Positions 39,900 to 53,500 of a stretch of 64,000 bases of DNA are shown one piece after another; positions within the stretch are counted from its first letter, which is position 1, and every line of letters begins with the position of its first letter. The DNA is from Eledone cirrhosa (taxonomy: Eukaryota). A model generated the notes under the pieces. The model worked only from the letters and a program-made list of their open reading frames with translations. It did no database searches and was not told the DNA's origin. The position numbers were made by a program, and so were the translations under genes. The DNA lies in contig OZ024740.1 in the NCBI GenBank assembly GCA_964016885.1, positions 46,810,001-46,874,000 on the forward strand, read 5' to 3'.

Positions 39900-42800
39900 A
39901 GGAAAGTAGGTAGGAAGGTAGGTAGGATTCAGAGAAGGAATGGGGAATAAAGGAAAGTAGGAAGAAAGGTAGGTAGGATTCAGGGAAGAATGGGGGAATG
40001 AAGGAAATTAGGAAGGAAGGTAGGAAGGATTCAGTGAAGGAATGGGGGAATGAAGGAAAGCAGGAAGAAAGGTAGGAAGGATTCAGGGAAGGAATGGGGG
40101 AATGAAGTACAGCAGGAAGGAAGGTAGGAAGGAAGGTAGGAAGGAATGGGGGAATGAAGTAAAGTAAGAAGAAAGGTAGGAAGGATTCAGGGAAGGCATG
40201 GGGGAATGAAGGAAAGTAGGAAGAAAGGTAGGAAGGATTCAGGTAAGGAATGGGGGAATGAAGGAAAGTAGGAAGGATTCAGGGAAGGAATGGGGGAATG
40301 AAGGAAAGTAGGAAGGATTCAGGTAAGGAATGGGGGAATGAAGGAAAGTAGGAAGGATTCAGGGAAGGAATGGGGGAATGAAGGAAAGTAGGTAGGAAGG
40401 TAGGTAAGATTCAGGGAAGGAATGGGGAATGAAGGAAAGTAGGAAGGAAGGTAGGAAGGATTCAGCGAAGGAATGTGGAATGAAGGAATGTAGGAAGGAA
40501 GGTAGGAAGGATTCACGAAAGGAATGGGGGAATGAAGGAAAGTAGGAAGGAAGGTAGGAAGGATTCAGTGAAGGAATGGGGGAATGAAGGAAAGCAGGAA
40601 AAAAGGTAGGAGGGATTCAGGGAAGGAATGGGGGAATGAAGGAAAGTAGGAAGAAAGGTAGGAAGGATTCAGGGAAGGAATGGGGGAATGAAGTAATGCA
40701 GGAAGGAAGGTAGGAAGGATTCAGGGAAGGAATGGGGGAATGAAGGAAAGTAGGAAGAAAGGTAGGAAGGATTCAGGGAGGGAATGGGGGAATGAAGGAA
40801 AGTAGGAAGGAAGGTAGGAAGGATTTAGGGAAGGAATGGGGGAATGTTGGAAAGCATGAAGGAAGCTTTGAAGGATTTAGTGAACGAATGGGGGAATGAA
40901 GGAAAGTAGGAAGAAAGAAGGAAGGTAGGAAGGATTCAGATAAGGAATGGGGGAATGAAGGAAAGTAGGAAGGATTCAAGGAAGGATTCAGGGCAGGAAT
41001 GGGGGAATGAAGGAAAGTAGGAAGGAAGGTAGGAAGGATTCAGGGAAGGAATGGAGGAATGGAGGAAAGTAGGAAGGATTCAGGGAAGGATTCAGGGAAG
41101 GAATGCGGGAATGAAGGAAAGTAGGAAGGAAGGTAGGAAGGATTCAGGGAAGGAATGGGGGAATGAAGAATAGTAGGAAGGAAGGTAGGAAGGATTCAGG
41201 GAAGGAATGGGGGAATGAAGGAAAGTAGGAAGGAAGGTAGGTAGTATTCAGGGAAGGAATGGGGGAATGAAGGAAAGTAGGAAGGAAGGTAGGAAGGATT
41301 CAGGGATGGAATGGGGGAATGAAGGAAATCAGGAAGGAAGGTAGGAAGGATTTAGGGAAGGAATGGGGGAATGAAGTAAAGTAGGAAGAAAGGTAGGAAG
41401 GATTTAGGGAAGGAATGGGGGAATGAAGGAAAGCAGGAAGGAAGGTAGGAAGGATTTAGGGAAGGAATGGAGGAATGAAGGAAAGTAGGAAGAAAGGTAG
41501 AAAGGATTCAGGGAAGGAATGGGGGAATGAAGGAAAGCAGGAAGGAAGGTAGGAAGGATTCAGGTAAGGAATGGGGAATGAATGTAAGTAGGAAGAAAGG
41601 TAGGAAGGATTTAGGGAAAGAATGGGGGAATGAAGGAAAGTAGGAAGGAAGGTAGGAAGGATTCAGGGAAGGAATGGGGGAATGAAGGAAAGTAGGAAGG
41701 AAGGTAGGAAGGATTCAGGGAAGGAATGTGGGAATGAAGGAAAGTAGGAAGAAAGGTAGGAAGGATTCAGGGAAGGAATGGGGGAATGAAGGAAAGTAGG
41801 TTGGGAGGTAGGTAGGATTCAGGGAAGGAATGGGGAATGAAGGAAAGTAGGAAGGAAGGTAGGTAGGATTAAGGGAAGGAATGGGGGAATGAAGGAAGAT
41901 AGGAATGATTCAGGGAAGGAATGGCGGAATGAAGGAAAGTCGTAAGGAATGTAGGAAGGATTCAGGGAAGGAATGGGGGAATGAAGGAAAGTAGGAAGAA
42001 AGGTAGGAAGGATTCAGGGAAGGAATGGGGGAATGAAGGAAAGTAGGTAGGAAGGTAGGTAGGATTCAGGGAAGGAATGGGGAATGAAGGAAAGTAGGAA
42101 GGAAGGTAGGTAGGATTCAGGGAAGGAATGGGGAATGAAGGAAAGTAGGAAGGAAGGTAGGTAGGATTCAGGGAAGGAATGGGGAATGAAGGAAAGTAGG
42201 AAGGAAGGTAGGTAGGATTCAGGGAAGGAATGGGGGAATGAAGGAAAGTAGGAAGAAAGGTAGGAAGATTCAGGGAAGGAATGTGGAATTAAGGAATGTA
42301 GGGAGAAAGGTAGGTAGGATTCAGGGAAGGAATGGGGGAATGAAGGAAAGTAGGAAGAAAGGTAGAAAGGATTCAGGGAAGGAATGTGGAATGAAGGAAA
42401 GTAGGAAGGAAGGTAGGAAGGATTCAAGAAAAGAATGGGGGAATGAAGGAAAGTAGGAAGGAAGGTAGGAAATATTCAGGGAAGGAATGGGGGAATGAAG
42501 GAAAGTAGGAAGAAAGGTAGGAAGGATTCAGGGAAGGAATGGGGGAATGAAGGAAAGTAGGTAGGAAGGTAGGTAGGATTCAGGGTAGGAATGGGGAATG
42601 AAGGAAAGTAGGAAGGAAGGTAGGTAGGATTCAGGGAAGGAATGGGGGAATAATGGAAAGTAGGAAGGAAGGTAGGAAGGATTCAGCGAAGGATTGTGGA
42701 ATGAAGGAATGTAGGAAGGAAGGTAGGAAGTATTCAGGAAAGGAATGGGGGAATGAAGGAAAGTAGGAAGGAAGGTAGGAAGGATTCAGGGGAGGAATGG

Positions 42801-43150
42801 GGGAATGAAGGATAGTAAGAAGAAGGTAGGAAGGATTCAGGGTAGGAATGGGGGAATGAAGGAAAGTAGGAAGAAAGGTAGGAAGGATTCAGAGAAGGAA
42901 TGGGGGAATGAAGGAAAGTATGAAGGAAGGTAGGAAGGATTCGGCGAAGGAACGGGGAATGAAGGAAAGTAGAAAGAAAGGTAGGAAGGATTCAGGGAAG
43001 GAATGGGGGAATGAAGGAAAGTAGGAAGTAAGGTAGGTAGGATTCAGGGAAGGAATGGGGGAATGAAGGAAAGTAGGAAGGAAGGATTCAGGGAAGGAAT
43101 GGGGGAATGAAGGAAAGTAGGAAGGAAGGTAGGTAGGATTCAGGGAAGGA
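39900..43150 (+). repeat. Degenerate zone of the satellite with many private substitutions
   Basis: Variants not noticed elsewhere include GGAATGTTGGAAAGCATGAAGGAAGCTTTGAAGGATTTAGTGAACG (about 40841-40886), GATTCACGAAAGG, GGGCAGG, GAATGCGGG, AAGTCGTAAGG and TTCGGCGAAGGAACGGGG. Confidence 0.75.
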
Positions 43151-44529
43151 ATGGGGGAATGAAGGAAAGTAGGAAGGAAGGTAGGAAGGATTCAGGGAAG
43201 GAATGTGGGAATGAAGGAAAGTAGGAAGAAAGGTAGGAAGGATTCAGGGAAGGAATGGGGGAATGAAGGAAAGTAGGTAGGAAGGTAGGTAGGATTCAAG
43301 GAAGGAATGGGGAATGAAGGAAAGTAGGAAGGAAGGTAGGTAGGATTCAGGGAAGGAATGGGGGAATAAAGGAAAGTAAGAAGGAAGGTAGGTAGGATTC
43401 AGGGAAGGAATTCGGAATGAAGGAAAGTAGGAAGGAAGGTAGGAAGCATTCAGCGAAGGAATGTGGAATCAAGGAATGTAGGAAGGAAGGTAGGAAGTAT
43501 TCAGGAAAGGAATGGGGGGAATGAAGGAAACTAGGAAGGAAGGTAGGAAGGATTCAGGGAAGGAATGGGGAAATGAAGGAAAGTAGGAAGAAAGGTAGGA
43601 AGGATTCAGGGAAGGAATGGGGGAATGAAGGAAAGTAGGAAGGAAGGTAGGTAAGATTCAGGGAAGGAATGGTGGAGTGAAGGAAAGTAGGAAGAAAGGT
43701 AGGTAGGATTCAGGGAAGGAATGGGGGAATGAAGGAAATTAGGAAGGAAGGTAGGAAGGATTCAGTGAAGGAATGGGGGAATGAAGGAAAGCAGGAAGAA
43801 AGGTAGGAAGGATTCAGGGAAGGAATGGGGGAATGAAGGAAAGTAGGAAGAAAGGTAGGAAGGATTCAGGGAAGGAATGGGGGAATGAAGTAAAGCAGGA
43901 AGGAAGGTAGGAAGGATTCAGGGAAGGAATGGGGGAATGAAGGAAAGTAAGAAGAAAGGTAGGAAAGATTCAGGGAAGGAATGGGGGAATGAAGGAAAGT
44001 AGGAAGAAAGGTAGGAAGGATTCAGGAAGGAATGGGGGAATGAAGGAAAGTAGGAAGGAAGGTAGGGAGGATTCAGGGAAGGAATGGGGGAATGAAGGAA
44101 AGTAGGAAGGAAGGTAGGAACGATTCAGGGAAGGAATGGGGGAATGACGGAAAGTAGGAAGGAAGGTAGGAAAGATTCAGGGAAGGAATGGGGGAATGAA
44201 GGAAAGTAGGAAGGAAGGTAGGAAGGATTCAGGGAAGAAATGGGGGAATGAAGGAAAGTAGGAAGGAAGGTAGGTAGGATTCAGGGAAGGAATGGGGGAA
44301 TGAAGGAAAGTAGGAAGGAAGGTAGGAAGGATTCAGGGAAGGAATGTGGGAATGAAGGAAAGTAGGAAGAAAGGTAGGAAGGATTCAGGGAAGGAATGGG
44401 GGAATGAAGGAAAGTAGGTAGGAAGGTAGGTAGGATTCAGGGAAGGAATGGGGAATTAAGGAAAGTAGGAAGGAAGGTAGGAAGGATTCAGGGAAGGAAT
44501 GGGGGAATGAAGTAAAGCAGGAAGGAAGG

Positions 44530-47500
44530 TAGGAAGGATTCAGGGAAGGAATGGGGGAATGAAGGAAAGTAGGAAGGAAGGTAGGACGGATTCAGGGAAG
44601 GAATGGGGGAATGAAGAAAAGTAGGGAGGAAGGTAGGAAGGATTCAGGGAAGGAATGGGGGAATGAAGGAAAGTAGGAAGGAAGGTAGGTAGGATTCAGG
44701 GAAGGAATGGGGGAATGAAGGAAAGTAGGAAGGTAGGTGGGAAGGATTCAGGGATGGAATGGGGGAATGAAGGAAAGCAGGAAGGAAGGTAGGAAGGATT
44801 TAGGGAAGGAATGGGGGAATGAAGGAAAGTAGGAAGAAAGGTAGGAAGGATTTAGGGAAGGAATGGGGGAATGAAGGAAAGCAGGATGGAAGGTAGGAAG
44901 GATTTAGGGAAGGAATGGGGGAATGAAGGAAAGTAGGAAGAAAGGTAGGAAGGATTCAGGGAAGGAATTGGGGAATGAAGGAAAGTAGGAAGGAAGGTAG
45001 GAAGGATTAAGGGAAGGAATGGGGGACTGAAGGAAAGTAGGAAGGAAGGTAGGTAGGATTAAGGGAAGGAATGGGGAATGAAGGAAAGTAGGAAGGAAGA
45101 AGGAAGGTAGGAAGGATTCAGGTAAGGAATGGGGGAATGAAGGAAAGTAGGAAGGAAGGTAGGAAGGATTCAGGGAAGGAATGGGGGAATTAAGTAAAGT
45201 AGGAAGGAAGTTAGGAAGGATTCAGGGACGGAATGGGGGAATGAAGGAAAGTAGGAACGTAGGTAGGATGGATTCAGGGAAGGAATGGGGGAATGAAGGA
45301 AAGTAGGAAGGAAGGTAGGAAGGATTCAGGGAAGGAATGGGGGAATGAAAGAAAGCAGGAAGGAAGGTAGGAAGGATTCAGGGAAGGAAAGCAGGGAGGA
45401 AGGTAGGAAGGATTCAGGGAAGGAATGGAGGAATGAAGGAAAGTAGGAAGAAAGGTAGGAATGATTTTGGGAAGGAATGGGGGAATGAAGGAAAGTAGGA
45501 AGGAAGGATTCAGGGAAGGAATGGGGGAATGAAGGAAAGTAGGAAGGAAGAAGGAAGGTAGGAAGGATTCAGGTAAGGAATGGGGGAATGAAGGAAAGTA
45601 GGAAGGATTCAGGGAAGGATTCAGGGAAGGAATGGCGGAATGAAGGAAAGTAGGAAGGAAGGTAGGAAGGATTCAGGGAAGGAATGGGGGAATGAAGGAA
45701 AGTAGGAAGGAAGGTACGAAGGATTCAGGGAAGGAATGGGGGAATGAAGGAAAGTAGGAAGGAAGGTAGGACGGATTCAGGGAAGGAATGGGGGAATGAA
45801 GAAAAGTAGGGAGGAAGGTAGGAAGGATTCAGGGAAGGAATGGGGAAATGAAGGAAAGTAGGAAGGAAGGTAGGTAGGATTCAGAGAAGGAATGGGGGAA
45901 TGAAGGAAAGAAGGAAGGAAGGTAGGAAGGATTCAGGGATGGAATGGGGGAATGAAGGAAAGCTGGAAGGAAGGTAGGAAGGATTTAGGGAAGGAATGGG
46001 GAATGAAGGAAAGTAGGAAGAAAGGTAGGAAGGATTTAGGGAAAGAATGGGGGAATGAAGGAAAGCAGGAAGGAAGGTAGGAAGGATTTAGGGAAGGAAT
46101 GGGGGAATGAAGGAAAGTAGGAAGAAAGGTAGGAAGGATTCAGGGAAGGAATGGGGGAATGAAGGAAAGCAGGAAGGAAGGTAGGAAGGATTCAGGGAAG
46201 GAATGGGGAATGAAGGAAAGTAGGAAGAAAGGTAGGAAGGATTTAGGGAAAGAATGGGGGAATGAAGGAAAGCAGGAAGGAAGGTAGGAAGGATTTAGGG
46301 AAGGAATGGGGGAATGAAGGAAAGTAGGAAGGAAGGTAGGAAGGATTCAGGGAAGGAATGTGGGAATGAAGGAAAGTAGGAAGAAAGGTAGGAAGGATTC
46401 AGGGAAGGATGGGGGAATGAAGGAAAGTAGGTAGGAAGGTAGGTAGGATTCAGGGAAGGAATGGGGAATGAAGGAAAGTAGGAAGGAAGGTAGGTAGGAT
46501 TCAGGGAAGGAATGGGGGAATAAAGGAAAGTAAGAAGGAAGGTAGGTAGGATTCAGGGAAGGAATTCGGAATGTAGGAAAGTAGGAAGGAAGGTAGGAAG
46601 CATTCAGCGAAGGAATGTGGAATCAAGGAATGTAGGAAGGAAGGTAGGAAGTATTCAGGAAAGGAATGGGGGAATGAAGGAAACTAGGAAGGAAGGTAGG
46701 AAGGATTCAGGGAAGGAATGGGGAAATGAAGGAAAGTAGGAAGAAAGGTAGGAAGGATTCAGGGAAGGAATGGGGGAATGAAGGAAAGTAGGAAGGAAGG
46801 TAGGTAAGATTCAGGGAAGGAATGGTGGAGTGAAGGAAAGTAGGAAGAAAGGTAGGTAGGATTCAGGGAAGGAATGGGGGAATGAAGGAAATTAGGAAGG
46901 AAGGTAGGAAGGATTCAGTGAAGGAATGGGGGAATGAAGGAAAGCAGGAAGAAAGGTAGGAAGGATTCAGGGAAGGAATGGGGGAATGAAGGAAAGTAGG
47001 AAGAAAGGTAGGAAGGATTCAGGGAAGGAATGGGGGAATGAAGTAAAGCAGGAAGGAAGGTAGGAAGGATTCAGGGAAGGAATGGGGGAATGAAGGAAAG
47101 TAAGAAGAAAGGTAGGAAGGATTCAGGGAAGGAATGGGGGAATGAAGGAAAGTAGGAAGAAAGGTAGGAAGGATTCAGGAAGGAATGGGGGAATGAAGGA
47201 AAGTAGGAAGGAAGGTAGCGAGGATTCAGGGAAGGAATGGGGGAATGAAGGAAAGTAGGAAGGAAGGTAGGAACGATTCAGGGAAGGAATGGGGGAATGA
47301 CGGAAAGTAGGAAGGAAGGTAGGAAAGATTCAGGGAAGGAATGGGGGAATGAAGGAAAGTAGGAAGGAAGGTAGGAAGGATTCAGGGAAGAAATGGGGGA
47401 ATGAAGGAAAGTAGGAAGAAAGGTAGGAAGGATTCAGGGAAGGAATGGGGGAATGAAGGAAAGTAGGAAGAAAGGTAGGTAGGATTCAGGGAAGGAATGG

Positions 47501-50500
47501 GGGAATGAAGGAAAGCAGGAAGGAAGGTAGGAAGGATTTAGGGAAGGAATGGGGGAATGAAGGAAAGTAGGAAGAAAGGTAGGAAGGATTCAGAGAAGGA
47601 ATGGGGGAATGAAGGAAAGTAGGAAGGAAGGTAAGAAAGATTCAGGGAAGGAATGGGGGAATGAAGGAGAGTGGGAAGAAAGGTAGGAAGGATTCAGGGA
47701 AGGAATGGTAGAATGAAGGAAAGTAGGAAGGAAGGTTGGAAGGATTCAGGGAAGGAATGGGGGAATGAAGGAAAGTAGGAAGGAAGGTAAGAAGGAATCA
47801 GGGAAGGAATGGGGGAATGAAGGAAAGTAGGAAGGTAGGTAGGAAGGATTCAGGGAAGGAATGGGGGAATGAAGGAAAGTAGGAAGGAAGGTAGGAAGGA
47901 TTCAGGGAAGGAATGGGGGAATGAAGGAAAGCAGGAAGAAAGGTAGGAAGGATTCAGGGAAGGAAAGCAGAGAGGAAGGTAGGAAGGATTCAGGGAAGGA
48001 ATGGAGGAATGAAGGAAAGTAGGAAGAAAGGTAGGAAGGATTCAGGGAAGGAATGGGGGAATGAAGGAAAGTAGGAAGGAAAGTAGGAAGGAAGGATTCA
48101 GGGAAGGAATGGGGGAATGAAGGAAAGTAGGAAGGAAGGTAGGTAGGATTCAGGGAAGGAATTGGGGAATGAAGGAAAGTAGGAAGGAAGGTAGGAAGGA
48201 TTCAGGGAAGGAATGGGGGAATGAAGGAAAGTAGGAAGAAAGGTAGGTAGGATTCAGGGAAGGAATGGGGGAATGAAGGAAAGCAGGAAGGAAGGTAGGA
48301 AGGATTTAGGGAAGGAATGGGGGAATGAAGGAAAGTAGGAAGAAAGGTAGGAAGGATTCAGAGAAGGAATGGGGGAATGAAGGAAAGTAGGAAGGAAGGT
48401 AAGAAAGATTCAGGGAAGGAATGGGGGAATGAAGGAGAGTGGGAAGAAAGGTAAGAAGGAATCAGGGAAGGAATGGGGGAATGAAGGAAAGTAGGAAGGT
48501 AGGTAGGAAGGATTCAGGGAAGGAATGGGGGAATGAAGGAAAGTAGGAAGGAAGGTAGGAAGGATTCAGGGAAGGAATGGGGAATGAAGGAAAGCAGGAA
48601 GAAAGGTAGGAAGGATTCAGGGAAGGAAAGCAGAGAGGAAGGTAGGAAGGATTCAGGGAAGGAATGGAGGAATGAAGGAAAGTAGGAAGGAAAGTAGGAA
48701 GGAAGGATTCAGGTATGGAATGGGGGAATGAAGGAAAGCAGGAAGGAAGGTAGGAAGGATTTAGGGAAGGAATGGGGAAATGAAGGAAAGTAGGAAGAAA
48801 GGTAGGAAGGATTTAGGGAAGGAATGGGGGAATGAAGGAAAGCAGGTTGGAAGGTAGGAAGGATTTAGGGAAGGAATGGGGGAATGAAGGAAAGTAGGAA
48901 GAAAGGTAGGAAGGATTCAGGGAAGGAATTGGGGAATGAAGGAAAGTAGGAAGGAAGGTAGGAAGGATTAAGGGAAGGAATGGGGGACTGAAGGAAAGTA
49001 GGAAGGAAGGTAGGTAGGATTAAGGGAAGGAATGGGGAATGAAGGAAAGTAGGAAGGAAGAAGGAAGGTAGGAAGGATTCAGGTAAGGAATGGGGGAATG
49101 AAGGAAAGTAGGAAGGAAGGTAGGAAGGATTCAGGGAAGGAATGGGGGAATGAAGTAAAGTAGGAAGGAAGTTAGGAAGGATTCAGGGACGGAATGGGGG
49201 AATGAAGGAAAGTAGGAACGTAGGTAGGATGGATTCAGGGAAGGAATGGGGGAATGAAGGAAAGTAGGAAGGAAGGTAGGAAGGATTCAGGGAAGGAATG
49301 GGGGAATGAAAGAAAGCAGGAAGGAAGGTAGGAAGGATTCAGGGAAGGAAAGCAGGGAGGAAGGTAGGAAGGATTCAGGAAGGAATGGGGGAATGAAGGA
49401 AAGTAGGAAGGAAGGTAGGGAGGATTCAGGGAAGGAATGGGGGAATGAAGGAAAGTAGGAAGGAAGGTAGGAACGATTCAGGGAAGGAATGGGGGAATGA
49501 CGGAAAGTAGGAAGGAAGGTAGGAAAGATTCAGGGAAGGAATGGGGGAATGAAGGAAAGTAGGAAGGAAGGTAGGAAGGATTCAGGGAAGAAATGGGGGA
49601 ATGAAGGAAAGTAGGAAGAAAGGTAGGAAGGATTCAGGGAAGGAATGGGGGAATGAAGGAAAGTAGGAAGAAAGGTAGGTAGGATTCAGGGAAGGAATGG
49701 GGGAATGAAGGAAAGCAGGAAGGAAGGTAGGAAGGATTTAGGGAAGGAATGGGGGAATGAAGGAAAGTAGGAAGAAAGGTAGGAAGGATTCAGAGAAGGA
49801 ATGGGGGAATGAAGGAAAGTAGGAAGGAATGTAGGAAGGATTCAGGGAAGGAATGGGGGAATGAAGGAAAGTAGGAAGGAAGGTAGGAAGGATTCAGGGA
49901 AGGAATGGGGGAATGAAGGAAAGTAGGAAGGAAGGTAGGACGGATTCAGGGAAGGAATGGGGGAATGAAGAAAAGTAGGGAGGAAGGTAGGAAGGATTCA
50001 GGGAAGGAATGGGGGAATGAAGGAAAGTAGGAAGGAAGGTAGGTAGGATTCAGGGAAGGAATGGGGGAATGAAGGAAAGTAGGAAGGTAGGTGGGAAGGA
50101 TTCAGGGATGGAATGGGGGAATGAAGGAAAGCAGGAAGGAAGGTAGGAAGGATTTAGGGAAGGAATGGGGGAATGAAGGAAAGTAGGAAGAAAGGTAGGA
50201 AGGATTTAGGGAAGGAATGGGGGAATGAAGGAAAGCAGGATGGAAGGTAGGAAGGATTTAGGGAAGGAATGGGGGAATGAAGGAAAGTAGGAAGAAAGGT
50301 AGGAAGGATTCAGGGAAGGAATTGGGGAATGAAGGAAAGTAGGAAGGAAGGTAGGAAGGATTAAGGGAAGGAATGGGGGACTGAAGGAAAGTAGGAAGGA
50401 AGGTAGGTAGGATTAAGGGAAGGAATGGGGAATGAAGGAAAGTAGGAAGGAAGAAGGAAGGTAGGAAGGATTCAGGTAAGGAATGGGGGAATGAAGGAAA

Positions 50501-53500
50501 GTAGGAAGGAAGGTAGGAAGGATTCAGGGAAGGAATGGGGGAATTAAGTAAAGTAGGAAGGAAGTTAGGAAGGATTCAGGGACGGAATGGGGGAATGAAG
50601 GAAAGTAGGAACGTAGGTAGGATGGATTCAGGGAAGGAATGGGGGAATGAAGGAAAGTAGGAAGGAAGGTAGGAAGGATTCAGGGAAGGAATGGGGGAAT
50701 GAAAGAAAGCAGGAAGGAAGGTAGGAAGGATTCAGGGAAGGAAAGCAGGGAGGAAGGTAGGAAGGATTCAGGGAAGGAATGGAGGAATGAAGGAAAGTAG
50801 GAAGAAAGGTAGGAATGATTTTGGGAAGGAATGGGGGAATGAAGGAAAGTAGGAAGGAAGGATTCAGGGAAGGAATGGGGGAATGAAGGAAAGTAGGAAG
50901 GAAGAAGGAAGGTAGGAAGGATTCAGGTAAGGAATAGGGGAATGAAGGAAAGTAGGAAGGATTCAGGGAAGGATTCAGGGAAGGAATGGCGGAATGAAGG
51001 AAAATATGAAGGAAGGTAGGAAGGATTCAGGGAAGGAATGGGGGAATGAAGGAAAGTAGGAAGGAAGGTACGAAGGATTCAGGGAAGGAATGGGGGAATG
51101 AAGGAAAGTAGGAAGGAAGGTAGGACGGATTCAGGGAAGGAATGGGGGAATGAAGAAAAGTAGGGAGGAAGGTAGGAAGGATTCAGGGAAGGAATGGGGA
51201 AATGAAGGAAAGTAGGAAGGAAGGTAGGTAGGATTCAGAGAAGGAATGGGGGAATGAAGGAAAGAAGGAAGGAAGGTAGGAAGGATTCAGGGATGGAATG
51301 GGGGAATGAAGGAAAGCTGGAAGGAAGGTAGGAAGGATTTAGGGAAGGAATGGGGAATGAAGGAAAGTAGGAAGAAAGGTAGGAAGGATTTAGGGAAAGA
51401 ATGGGGGAATGAAGGAAAGCAGGAAGGAAGGTAGGAAGGATTTAGGGAAGGAATGGGGGAATGAAGGAAAGTAGGAAGAAAGGTAGGAAGGATTCAGGGA
51501 AGGAATGGGGGAATGAAGGAAAGCAGGAAGGAAGGTAGGAAGGATTCAGGGAAGGAATGGGGAATGAAGGAAAGTAGGAAGAAAGGTAGGAAGGATTTAG
51601 GGAAAGAATGGGGGAATGAAGGAAAGCAGGAAGGAAGGTAGGAAGGATTTAGGGAAGGAATGGGGGAATGAAGGAAAGTAGGAAGGAAGGTAGGAAGGAT
51701 TCAGGGAAGGAATGTGGGAATGAAGGAAAGTAGGAAGAAAGGTAGGAAGGATTCAGGGAAGGATGGGGGAATGAAGGAAAGTAGGTAGGAAGGTAGGTAG
51801 GATTCAGGGAAGGAATGGGGAATGAAGGAAAGTAGGAAGGAAGGTAGGTAGGATTCAGGGAAGGAATGGGGGAATAAAGGAAAGTAAGAAGGAAGGTAGT
51901 TAGGATTCAGGGAAGGAATTCGGAATGTAGGAAAGTAGGAAGGAAGGTAGGAAGCATTCAGCGAAGGAATGTGGAATCAAGGAATGTAGGAAGGAAGGTA
52001 GGAAGTATTCAGGAAAGGAATGGGGGAATGAAGGAAACTAGGAAGGAAGGTAGGAAGGATTCAGGGAAGGAATGGGGAAATGAAGGAAAGTAGGAAGAAA
52101 GGTAGGAAGGATTCAGGGAAGGAATGGGGGAATGAAGGAAAGTAGGAAGGAAGGTAGGTAAGATTCAGGGAAGGAATGGTGGAGTGAAGGAAAGTAGGAA
52201 GAAAGGTAGGTAGGATTCAGGGAAGGAATGGGGGAATGAAGGAAATTAGGAAGGAAGGTAGGAAGGATTCAGTGAAGGAATGGGGGAATGAAGGAAAGCA
52301 GGAAGAAAGGTAGGAAGGATTCAGGGAAGGAATGGGGGAATGAAGGAAAGTAGGAAGAAAGGTAGGAAGGATTCAGGGAAGGAATGGGGGAATGAAGTAA
52401 AGCAGGAAGGAAGGTAGGAAGGATTCAGGGAAGGAATGGGGGAATGAAGGAAAGTAAGAAGAAAGGTAGGAAGGATTCAGGGAAGGAATGGGGGAATGAA
52501 GGAAAGTAGGAAGAAAGGTAGGAAGGATTCAGGAAGGAATGGGGGAATGAAGGAAAGTAGGAAGGAAGGTAGGGAGGATTCAGGGAAGGAATGGGGGAAT
52601 GAAGGAAAGTAGGAAGGAAGGTAGGAACGATTCAGGGAAGGAATGGGGGAATGACGGAAAGTAGGAAGGAAGGTAGGAAAGATTCAGGGAAGGAATGGGG
52701 GAATGAAGGAAAGTAGGAAGGAAGGTAGGAAGGATTCAGGGAAGAAATGGGGGAATGAAGGAAAGTAGGAAGAAAGGTAGGAAGGATTCAGGGAAGGAAT
52801 GGGGGAATGAAGGAAAGTAGGAAGAAAGGTAGGTAGGATTCAGGGAAGGAATGGGGGAATGAAGGAAAGCAGGAAGGAAGGTAGGAAGGATTTAGGGAAG
52901 GAATGGGGGAATGAAGGAAAGTAGGAAGAAAGGTAGGAAGGATTCAGAGAAGGAATGGGGGAATGAAGGAAAGTAGGAAGGAAGGTAAGAAAGATTCAGG
53001 GAAGGAATGGGGGAATGAAGGAGAGTGGGAAGAAAGGTAGGAAGGATTCAGGGAAGGAATGGTAGAATGAAGGAAAGTAGGAAGGAAGGTTGGAAGGATT
53101 CAGGGAAGGAATGGGGGAATGAAGGAAAGTAGGAAGGAAGGTAAGAAGGAATCAGGGAAGGAATGGGGGAATGAAGGAAAGTAGGAAGGTAGGTAGGAAG
53201 GATTCAGGGAAGGAATGGGGGAATGAAGGAAAGTAGGAAGGAAGGTAGGAAGGATTCAGGGAAGGAATGGGGGAATGAAGGAAAGCAGGAAGAAAGGTAG
53301 GAAGGATTCAGGGAAGGAAAGCAGAGAGGAAGGTAGGAAGGATTCAGGGAAGGAATGGAGGAATGAAGGAAAGTAGGAAGAAAGGTAGGAAGGATTCAGG
53401 GAAGGAATGGGGGAATGAAGGAAAGTAGGAAGGAAAGTAGGAAGGAAGGATTCAGGGAAGGAATGGGGGAATGAAGGAAAGTAGGAAGGAAGGTAGGTAG

